From: Alphaproteobacteria bacterium | GTDB taxonomy: Bacteria; Pseudomonadota; Alphaproteobacteria; Rickettsiales; SXRF01 | NCBI GenBank assembly: GCA_046344715.1 | Contig: JBKDKX010000006.1 | Coordinates: 96,826-160,825, forward strand | Direction: 5' to 3' | Length of the DNA stretch: 64,000 bases | Shown: piece by piece, positions 19,544-26,721 of the stretch | How the letters are laid out: each line of letters starts with the position of its first letter | Position numbering within the stretch: the stretch's first letter is position 1 | The notes under the pieces: model-generated | Database searches by the model: none | What the model saw: the letters and a program-made list of their open reading frames with translations, nothing else | Told to the model about the DNA's origin: nothing | Made by a program: the position numbers and the translations under genes

Positions 19544-20611
19544 ATGCATAACACCCCTACCCTTGAAGTAAGCCTTGCAGCACTGTCAGCTAACTACGAA
19601 CTGCTCAAATCCAAGCTGGAAGGTCGCCTGTGCGCTGCTGTGGTGAAAGCCAACGCGTATGGCCTTGGCATGGAAGGCGTAAGCAAACATCTCGCAACTA
19701 TTGGCTGTAATCAGTTTTTTGTGGCAACATTTGCAGAAGCTATCGATTTACGCGCTGTGTTGCCCGATGCCATTATTTATGTATTTCAGGGTGTGTTGCC
19801 AAATGAGGAAAAAGAATTCCTGCATCACAATCTCATTCCGGTACTCAACAGCACGGAACAAGTTGCACGTTGGGAGAAAGTAGCCGCTGAGAAAAATGCC
19901 GTGCTGCACGTGGACACCGGCATGACGCGCCTTGGCCTGAATGAAACCGAAGCACTGGCACTTGCTGCCGATAAAGCACGCGTTGCAGCGCTCGGCATCC
20001 GCATGGTGATGAGCCACCTCGCCTGTGCTAATGATGGCGATCTGGAAAAAAGCAATGACCAGCGCATGCGTTTTGAAAAAGCCCTGCATGCATTCCCTCA
20101 GCCAATGTCAGCAAGCCTCGCCAATTCCGCCGGTGTGTTTTTAAGCAAGGATTACCATTATGATATTGCGCGCACGGGCTGCGCTCTCTATGGCATCACG
20201 CCCATCACTGGTACAAACCCGATGCAGCATGTGGCAACCCTCTCTGCTCCTATCCTGCAAATACGCACTCTCGACCGCGATGAAACCGTAGGTTACGGTG
20301 CAACGCACGCTGCGAAAAAAGGCAACCGCATTGCCATTACCGCACTGGGCTATGCTGATGGCATGATGCGCTCACTTAGCAATCGTGGCTTTGCCTATGT
20401 TGCAGGTGAGAAAGTGCCGTTTGTTGGCCGCGTATCCATGGATATGATTGCGCTGGATGTAAGCAATATTCCGGAAGCCAAATTGACAGGCACACGCGCA
20501 GAATTCATCAACGCAAAGCAGGATGTGAATATGCTCACTGCCCTGTGCGACACCATCGGCTATGAAATGTTCACCCGCATGGGTGGCCGCGTAAAACGCC
20601 TTTACGTGTAA
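19544..20611 (+). CDS. alr: Alanine racemase
   Basis: 355 aa. VVKANAYGLG (PLP lysine), MSHLACA, VGYGAT, VSMDMIALDV. Confidence 0.85.
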   Translation: MHNTPTLEVSLAALSANYELLKSKLEGRLCAAVVKANAYGLGMEGVSKHLATIGCNQFFVATFAEAIDLRAVLPDAIIYVFQGVLPNEEKEFLHHNLIPVLNSTEQVARWEKVAAEKNAVLHVDTGMTRLGLNETEALALAADKARVAALGIRMVMSHLACANDGDLEKSNDQRMRFEKALHAFPQPMSASLANSAGVFLSKDYHYDIARTGCALYGITPITGTNPMQHVATLSAPILQIRTLDRDETVGYGATHAAKKGNRIAITALGYADGMMRSLSNRGFAYVAGEKVPFVGRVSMDMIALDVSNIPEAKLTGTRAEFINAKQDVNMLTALCDTIGYEMFTRMGGRVKRLYV

Positions 20612-20655
20612 TTTTTACCCTTCCGGAGCATATCTTCTGCCCCTAGCATCTTGCT

Positions 20656-21129
20656 ATGGAAAACATATTTCCCAATGACACCACCATCACACTTGCAGGC
20701 AAACCATACCGCCTGCGCGCAAGCATTGCGGCACTCTGCGCCATTGAACAGCATCTCAATCTGCCGATTCACACGCTTGCCGAACATACCTTTACTAATG
20801 CACAGGCCGTATTTATTTTACATGCGGGGATTGATGCCGCCGGTTATCAGCCCATTCACATAACTGATGATGAACCACACCTGCATGAATATGCACGCGC
20901 ATTTATTGCAGGTGCCCTTCAGGATAAAACAGAACTCAACTGGCGCGGGATGTTTACAACATTCACAGGCATCATGAACCGCCCCACTGCAGAATTCTGG
21001 AACATTACGCTGGCGGAATATTCACTTATTGTGGAAGGCTTTTGCCTGATGCACGGGCTTGAACCCCACCGCGCCCTTCCCCCCGCAACTTCCCAAGACC
21101 TTGCAGAGATGATAAGAAGGTTCGGGTAA
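20656..21129 (+). CDS. Phage/GTA tail-assembly-chaperone-like protein; appears to fuse RcGTA g10-like and g11-like (rcc01693/TIGR02216-like) segments
   Basis: The N-terminal half ITLAGKPYRLRASIAALCAIEQHL resembles the 'gene transfer agent family protein' pattern (..G....LRLTLGALAELE..L). The C-terminal half NWRGMF..GIMNRPTAEFWNITLAEYSLIVEGF...PPATSQDLAEMIRRF resembles the rcc01693 pattern (LS..eFW.mTPrEl...leG....pl....L..Lm.rFPD). This is recollection only. Confidence 0.5.
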   Translation: MENIFPNDTTITLAGKPYRLRASIAALCAIEQHLNLPIHTLAEHTFTNAQAVFILHAGIDAAGYQPIHITDDEPHLHEYARAFIAGALQDKTELNWRGMFTTFTGIMNRPTAEFWNITLAEYSLIVEGFCLMHGLEPHRALPPATSQDLAEMIRRFG

Positions 21130-21153
21130 CATTAACAAATGTGAATATCAACT

Positions 21154-21675
21154 ATGACTTATAGCAGGAAAACGCAAAATTGCATCAAGTTACTCTTATG
21201 TCTTCTGCCTTTTGCGCTTGTTGCATGGATAATAAAACTATCCTTCAACCTTATGATTGGGGACATCATTACTACCGGTGAAATCAGCAAAACCATAGAT
21301 AGGCGGCATTTAATCTTTACCTATCGTTTAACAAAAGCCATTGGTGCTCAGGAACACATTATCAATCTAGAAGCTATTGCCACAGATGAGTGGACTGGCT
21401 TTCTTTGGGATACCGTGTGTCGTTATGATGATTATGAATATGTAGGCGATCCAGATCCTGACATACTGGTTGGATGGTATTTACGGTTTTCACAAAAAGG
21501 CCGCGATGCTGGCGCAACGTATAATTTTAAGGCTACGGACTACGGAGATGGTATGCGCCCAAATAACCCAGACAGAGAATGGTGCGTGATGCGATCGCAC
21601 GCAATTTTATATAAGCAATCATTCGGGTGGGTATTGATGGACAAGCGAAACATCCCTCGAGGACAAGAGAAATGA
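21154..21675 (+). CDS. Membrane-anchored hypothetical protein (paralogue 1)
   Basis: 173 aa. N-terminal TM segment LLLCLLPFALVAWIIKLSF. It shares W-D-x-V-C-x-Y (FLWDTVCRY) and C...AI..K....L..K (REWCVMRSHAILYKQSFGWVLMDK) with the next ORF. Its stop overlaps the next start (ATGA). Confidence 0.55.
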   Translation: MTYSRKTQNCIKLLLCLLPFALVAWIIKLSFNLMIGDIITTGEISKTIDRRHLIFTYRLTKAIGAQEHIINLEAIATDEWTGFLWDTVCRYDDYEYVGDPDPDILVGWYLRFSQKGRDAGATYNFKATDYGDGMRPNNPDREWCVMRSHAILYKQSFGWVLMDKRNIPRGQEK

Positions 21676-22112
21676 TAAAATATCATATTATGTCAATTAT
21701 CCGTATGCAAAGCAGGTTTTACTGGCTGGTTATATGCTGTCTATGCATCATCGTGCTTTATATGCAATTTCGTATATTTAGCGTTCTGTATGAGCATCGT
21801 GAAAACTACAAATTTGGTTATGCGCTGCACGAAAAATTTATTGATACTGATGTAACAGTCATTCGACTTCATGAATTAACAGATTTTAGTTGGGATAACG
21901 TTTGTTTCTATCCTGATTTTCCAACCGTTCAACGACTGGAATTTCGTAATATTTTTGGAAGTGTTAAATATAATCTGAACGTAACCAGTTATGACCTCTT
22001 TGATCCAAGTCTATCCAGCGTAAAAGCAGCAGAGTGCATAACATCAAAAGAGGCGATCTTCAGAAAACACGGAAATAGATTTTCTTTAGAGAAAACAACA
22101 AAAGGGAACTAA
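21672..22112 (+). CDS. Membrane-anchored hypothetical protein (paralogue 2)
   Basis: The start is moved to ATG 21672, which overlaps the upstream TGA. TM segment FYWLVICCLCIIVLYMQF. Motifs FSWDNVCFYPDF and AAECITSKEAIFRKHGNRFSLEK. Confidence 0.55.
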   Translation: MIKYHIMSIIRMQSRFYWLVICCLCIIVLYMQFRIFSVLYEHRENYKFGYALHEKFIDTDVTVIRLHELTDFSWDNVCFYPDFPTVQRLEFRNIFGSVKYNLNVTSYDLFDPSLSSVKAAECITSKEAIFRKHGNRFSLEKTTKGN

Positions 22113-22113
22113 C

Positions 22114-23037
22114 ATGGCAGACACCACGACCATACCGGATTTTAATCCTATATCACGTGAGGAGATGGAAACAAGAGCGGCAAAAATAGCAGAACAACAA
22201 GGATTCAAAGATCGCTACGATATTGACGCCTTCAGGCACGCATATACCGCTGCAATGATGACCAAATTTCATTTGGGTGATGTTGCAACGGGCACGCTAG
22301 GATATGGCGTAGAATTTATAGGTCTTTGGACTAGAGGAGCAAAAGACTTATTTCAAAGTATTATGGAATTATTTGGCACAGAACATTCTGAATCAGAACG
22401 CGTACATTATGATGAACAATTTCTGGAATCATCCATGGATGCGTTCAACAATGCTGTCGGCATCGCTATTGGTAAAGAAGCATCTTCTGAACAGGAAATC
22501 ATCAAACGAATAACTGAGAAGATTCACAATGGTGAAATTGTTCGTCATCCCAACGAAGTAAAAGACCGCATGAGAAAAGAACGGGAAATTTCTCAGCAAA
22601 ACTTCGTCGCCAACGATACATCATGTCGTGCTGGCAACTTCGACACCTCCTCTCTCATCCGTGCCATTAGTGGCGGCAAGAACAGCCGTATGTCGAGCAA
22701 GCAGATATTTTCCATGTCTGCCGCAGCCTTCGCGCAGGAACTCATCAAATCCCGCAGGCGTTCGCTGGAAAATGATTTGCTGGAACTTCTAAGCGGCGGC
22801 AATGGAAAGAATACCCTGGCACAGGCAGGAAACGGCACCCCCATGGCATCACTAACAAACACATTTGGCGGCATGATTGATAACCTCGTAGGATCGGCCA
22901 TGAACCGCCGCAAAACACGCACATCCACCGCCGAATCTGATCGATCCATTGAAACCAGCCGGAATTGGAACCCTAGCCGCAGCCAGCAACAGGCGATGTT
23001 GGCGGGCTGGGCGCAGCAAGGGAATAGAAACTTATAA
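22114..23037 (+). CDS. Hypothetical 307-aa protein. The N-terminal domain carries DAFRHAY and MDAFNNAVGIAIG motifs (possibly DUF6973-like); the C-terminal half is Gly/Ser/Asn/Arg-rich and low in complexity
   Basis: The ATG lies 1 nt after the upstream stop. There is no signal peptide or TM segment. The motif pair (D/N)AFRHAY ... MD..NN..G..IG matches my memory of an uncharacterised domain found in polymorphic-toxin-type proteins. Unverified. Confidence 0.5.
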   Translation: MADTTTIPDFNPISREEMETRAAKIAEQQGFKDRYDIDAFRHAYTAAMMTKFHLGDVATGTLGYGVEFIGLWTRGAKDLFQSIMELFGTEHSESERVHYDEQFLESSMDAFNNAVGIAIGKEASSEQEIIKRITEKIHNGEIVRHPNEVKDRMRKEREISQQNFVANDTSCRAGNFDTSSLIRAISGGKNSRMSSKQIFSMSAAAFAQELIKSRRRSLENDLLELLSGGNGKNTLAQAGNGTPMASLTNTFGGMIDNLVGSAMNRRKTRTSTAESDRSIETSRNWNPSRSQQQAMLAGWAQQGNRNL

Positions 23038-23041
23038 TCAA

Positions 23042-23102
23042 GTTGCTAGTTGCACCTTGCTGCATTAAAACTACTAGCAACAAACAACTGATAACTAGCA
23101 AC
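23042..23102 (+). repeat. Inverted repeat set gttgctagtt / actagcaac / aactagcaac between the cassette and mlaE
   Basis: 23042-23051 can pair with either 23073-23081 (9 nt) or 23093-23102 (10 nt). It may act as the terminator of the upstream operon or as alternative structures in the mlaE leader (mlaE ATG at 23109). Confidence 0.5.
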
Positions 23103-23108
23103 TAATCC

Positions 23109-23882
23109 ATGAACTTCCTTGCCCCGATTGGCCGACTTACGTTTGATTTCCTTGCCGCTGTAGGCAGGCTTGCCCTCTTCATCTGGGCAGCTATGTCTGG
23201 CCTGCTGCGCCCGCCCTTTTATTTCAAACAGCTTGGCAGGCAGCTGGTGGAGATTGGCTATTACTCCCTGCCTGTAGTTGGCCTTACCGCCATTTTCACC
23301 GGCGCGGTACTGGCACTGCAAAGCTATTCCGGCTTCTCGCGCTTTTCGGCAGAAAGCTCCATCGCCATTGTGGTGGTACTTTCCATTACTCGTGAGCTTG
23401 GCCCGGTGCTTGCCGGCCTGATGGTCGCCGGCCGCATTGGCGCAGCGTACGCCGCTGAGATCGGCACCATGCGGGTTACCGAGCAGATTGATGCACTCAC
23501 CACCTTATCCACCAACCCGTACAAATACCTGGTGCTGCCGCGCCTGCTTGCCGGCATTACCATGCTGCCGGTTTTGGTATTAGTCGCCGACATCATCGGT
23601 GTATTCGGTGGTTATCTGGTGTCCGTGCATGAGCTGGGCTTCAACCCAAGTTCATACATCAAAAGCACGTTTGAATATTTGGAAACTAAAGACGTTGTCT
23701 CCGGCCTTGTGAAAGCATCCGTGTTCGGTTTCATCATCACGCTGATGGGCTGTTATCATGGCTTCCATTCCAAGGGCGGCGCACAGGGTGTAGGTGCAGC
23801 AACAACACATGCCGTGGTATCCGCCTCCATTCTCATCCTGCTTTCAAACTACTTCCTGACCTCTATTTTCTTCACGGATTGA
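23109..23882 (+). CDS. mlaE: Phospholipid/organic-solvent ABC transporter permease
   Basis: 257 aa MlaE/YrbE-type. Motifs LRPPFYFKQLGRQLVEIGYYSLPVVGLTA and ITRELGPVLAGLMVAGRIGAAYAAEIGTMRVTEQIDAL. Confidence 0.85.
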   Translation: MNFLAPIGRLTFDFLAAVGRLALFIWAAMSGLLRPPFYFKQLGRQLVEIGYYSLPVVGLTAIFTGAVLALQSYSGFSRFSAESSIAIVVVLSITRELGPVLAGLMVAGRIGAAYAAEIGTMRVTEQIDALTTLSTNPYKYLVLPRLLAGITMLPVLVLVADIIGVFGGYLVSVHELGFNPSSYIKSTFEYLETKDVVSGLVKASVFGFIITLMGCYHGFHSKGGAQGVGAATTHAVVSASILILLSNYFLTSIFFTD

Positions 23883-23883
23883 T

Positions 23884-24423
23884 ATGGCAACACTCATTCC
23901 GCTTCAGCGTATTGAACAAAAAATCCTGCTGATTCGTGGGCAGAAGGTACTGCTGGACTCCGACCTCGCCGAACTTTACGGTGTCCCTACCAAGCGCCTG
24001 AATGAACAGGTAAAACGTAACATTGAGCGTTTTCCTGGGCATTTCATGTTTCAGCTTACTGAAGAAGAACTCGAAAATTGGAGGTCGCAAATTGCGACCT
24101 CCAATCCTAATGCAAAAATGGGTCTGCGGCGCGCCCCTTACGCCTTCACCGAACATGGCACTTTGCAGGCTGCCAATGTTATCAATTCTCCGGCAGCCAT
24201 CAAGGTAAGTATCCTCATCATAGAGGCATTCCTTAAACTGCGCCAGCTAACCGCCAGCCAATCTGCCATACTCAAAAAGCTGGAACAGCATGAAAAACAG
24301 ATTGGGTATTTATTCAATTTGTTAAAAGAAATGGCTGATGCACCCACAGAACCACAGTATAAATCGCACCGTATTGGTTTTCTGAAAGAAGATAAAAACA
24401 AGCAAAGGCTGAGGAAACAATGA
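23884..24423 (+). CDS. ORF6N (KilA-N-related) domain protein
   Basis: IEQKILLIRGQKVLLDSDLAELYGVPTKRLNEQVKRNIERFPGHFMFQLTEEELENWRSQIATS...APYAFTEHGTLQAANVINSPAAIKVSILIIEAF is the classical ORF6N pattern. The ATG lies 1 nt after the mlaE stop, and its stop overlaps the mlaF ATG (ATGA). Confidence 0.8.
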   Translation: MATLIPLQRIEQKILLIRGQKVLLDSDLAELYGVPTKRLNEQVKRNIERFPGHFMFQLTEEELENWRSQIATSNPNAKMGLRRAPYAFTEHGTLQAANVINSPAAIKVSILIIEAFLKLRQLTASQSAILKKLEQHEKQIGYLFNLLKEMADAPTEPQYKSHRIGFLKEDKNKQRLRKQ

Positions 24424-25187
24424 CCACCCCTAAAATCGAACTTCAGGGAGTATACAAAGCCTTCGGCAGCAAGGTGGTGCTGGACGGCATTGACCTCACC
24501 GTTGAAAAAGGCCAGTCGCTGGTGGTCATCGGCGGGTCGGGCTCGGGCAAGTCTGTACTCATTAAATCTATCCTTGGCATTGTTACACCTGATAAGGGTA
24601 GTATTAAAATTGATGGTCAGGAAGTGACAAAATTCTCCTTCCGCGAACGCCAGGAAATCATGCGCAAATTCGGCATGTTGTTTCAGGGCGGTGCGCTGTT
24701 TGATTCACTACCGGTGTGGGAAAATATCAGCTTTGCGCTGCTGCAAAACCATCAGGTAAATAAAAAACAGGCCAAAGAATTGGCGGTAGAAAAACTAAAG
24801 GCCGTGGGGCTGGGCGCGGATGTGGCCAACCTCTCGCCGTCGGAACTCTCTGGCGGTATGCAAAAACGCGTGGCACTTGCGCGCGCTATTGCGGCTAATC
24901 CGGAAATTATTTTCTTTGATGAACCGACCACAGGGCTAGACCCCATCATGGCGGATGTCATCAACCACCTCATCGTGAAATGCTCCAAGGAGCTGGGTGC
25001 CACCACAGTTACCATTACGCATGATATGGCAAGCGTGCGCACCATCGCCGAACGCGTAACGATGATTTATAAAGGCAAACTCATCTGGAATGGTGATGTA
25101 AAAAACATCGACCATAGCGGCAACGAATATGTGGATCAATTCGTCCATGGCCGCGCTGAAGGACCGATTACCGCGGCGGTGCGTTAA
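24420..25187 (+). CDS. mlaF: Phospholipid ABC transporter ATP-binding protein
   Basis: 255 aa. Walker A GGSGSGKS, signature LSGGMQKRVALARA, Walker B IIFFDEPTTGLD. Confidence 0.85.
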   Translation: MTTPKIELQGVYKAFGSKVVLDGIDLTVEKGQSLVVIGGSGSGKSVLIKSILGIVTPDKGSIKIDGQEVTKFSFRERQEIMRKFGMLFQGGALFDSLPVWENISFALLQNHQVNKKQAKELAVEKLKAVGLGADVANLSPSELSGGMQKRVALARAIAANPEIIFFDEPTTGLDPIMADVINHLIVKCSKELGATTVTITHDMASVRTIAERVTMIYKGKLIWNGDVKNIDHSGNEYVDQFVHGRAEGPITAAVR

Positions 25188-25253
25188 TCCCTGCATTTAT
25201 TGCGGGGTCTGGTCGCCTTTGCATAATAAATTCATTTCACTTAATAGGATCAA

Positions 25254-25853
25254 ATGATTCCTGACATAATTTCAAAATTACAGCAAACTATTAGCAATGG
25301 GATTAAGACTGAAGCACAGGTCGTTTATGTCCTTGTGCAAATACGTAAGATTTTGGAGCAACAGGGCAATGCAGCACAACAATATGAGTATCTAAAATTT
25401 TACTGTGATTGGGCATTACATACAAAATTGAGCGGCAGATTCACTCAAACCATTTTGCAGGATTTTAACAGTGCTAATATAGAACTAAGAAATGGCTTAG
25501 AATTACATGAATTGCCAAAAAATCTTCAATCTCAAATCGAGCAAATTATAAAGATGCAGAAATTCCGAGAAGAGTTATCAAACTTCTCACTGGCAAATGA
25601 TTTGCCATCGTTGGATAGGGGTGGTGGTGGTTGGCCACATTTTCTACATCTCTATGCAAAAATTATAAAAGATTCCCCCTTAGAAATGAAGGCCGATAAT
25701 ACTACAGTAAGTATTGAAAAAGTGATTGTTGATGTCGAATTGGCTCAGGAAATACAACACCATCAGCAATATTATAAAGTGAAGTGGACGATTTTTGATA
25801 GAAACGGAAGCCACGGAACGCTTTTTGTTATCAACTCTTTTACCGTCAATTAA
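25254..25853 (+). CDS. Hypothetical protein (orphan, AT-rich)
   Basis: 199-aa ORF with no TM segment or signal peptide. No recognised motifs. Confidence 0.45.
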   Translation: MIPDIISKLQQTISNGIKTEAQVVYVLVQIRKILEQQGNAAQQYEYLKFYCDWALHTKLSGRFTQTILQDFNSANIELRNGLELHELPKNLQSQIEQIIKMQKFREELSNFSLANDLPSLDRGGGGWPHFLHLYAKIIKDSPLEMKADNTTVSIEKVIVDVELAQEIQHHQQYYKVKWTIFDRNGSHGTLFVINSFTVN

Positions 25854-25876
25854 ATTATTATTCTCTATGACGGATT

Positions 25877-25902
25877 AAACCAGACCCCGCCATTCGGCGG
25901 GG
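25877..25902. terminator. Bidirectional GC hairpin between convergent genes; identical 26-mer to 2615-2640
   Basis: aaaccagaccccgccattcggcgggg, with stem ccccgcc/ggcgggg at 25885-25902. Confidence 0.55.
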
Positions 25903-25905
25903 GTA

Positions 25906-26715
25906 TTAAGCAGCCAGCCTCTCGCGTTTTTCACGCGGTGGGTTTTCCACCATCTTCTTCGGATTAAACAGCAGCGGCTTACGGTGATGGTTGCCGTGAT
26001 AGTAAAGCCCAAACCACAATAGATTTCCCAGCTTGGTATACAACGTATCATCGCGGTTTACGGCGTATGTCTTGCCGTTCTCATCTTTAGGGTGTGAATA
26101 GTAATTCACATGAGAGAATATCCAGTGGTTGAACAGGTATGACGGTACATACAGCCATAAAAACAACGCAGGCCCCAGCAAGAAAAACCAGAACAGCACA
26201 TTGCACGCTGCCATCGCAAGAAACACTGGCTTTAATATGCGATGCAAAATGATAGTGCGTTTTGTTTCGCCGTAATGTTCACGATAACGCTCGGTTACTT
26301 TCTGTGAAGACTTAAGGAACATGTGCTTCATGAATTGCATAAATGTGTAGTCCGCTGGCGGGTGCGGATCATAGCGCAAATCATCGGAATAATGATGATG
26401 CATCAGGTGAATCAACTTCCAGCCCATGAAGCCCCAGAGTTGGTGTATTCCCGCCACTTCACCTGCCACCACATTCATCCATCGCGGTTTAAAACTACCA
26501 TGGCACGCATTATGGATAAACACCGCTGAAAGCCCACCAATATAGATTGCGGGCAGAATTAATAATGGATGCCACCATGCAAACGAATAACTAAAAAATT
26601 CTGGTGGGCGGATGTTATAAAGCAACGCACACAGCACTGCAGATGCCAGCAAATGCAGCGCAAACGAGCGAATATGCAAATAAGGATCCTGATAAAAACG
26701 CTTAAGTAGAGGCAT
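25906..26715 (-). CDS. Membrane fatty-acid desaturase/hydroxylase family protein
   Basis: 269 aa with three histidine boxes, HNACHGS, HLMHHHYSD and HGNHHRKP, plus TM segments. It lies 6 nt downstream of the secA stop. Confidence 0.7.
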   Translation of the reverse strand: MPLLKRFYQDPYLHIRSFALHLLASAVLCALLYNIRPPEFFSYSFAWWHPLLILPAIYIGGLSAVFIHNACHGSFKPRWMNVVAGEVAGIHQLWGFMGWKLIHLMHHHYSDDLRYDPHPPADYTFMQFMKHMFLKSSQKVTERYREHYGETKRTIILHRILKPVFLAMAACNVLFWFFLLGPALFLWLYVPSYLFNHWIFSHVNYYSHPKDENGKTYAVNRDDTLYTKLGNLLWFGLYYHGNHHRKPLLFNPKKMVENPPREKRERLAA

Positions 26716-26721
26716 TAGAAT

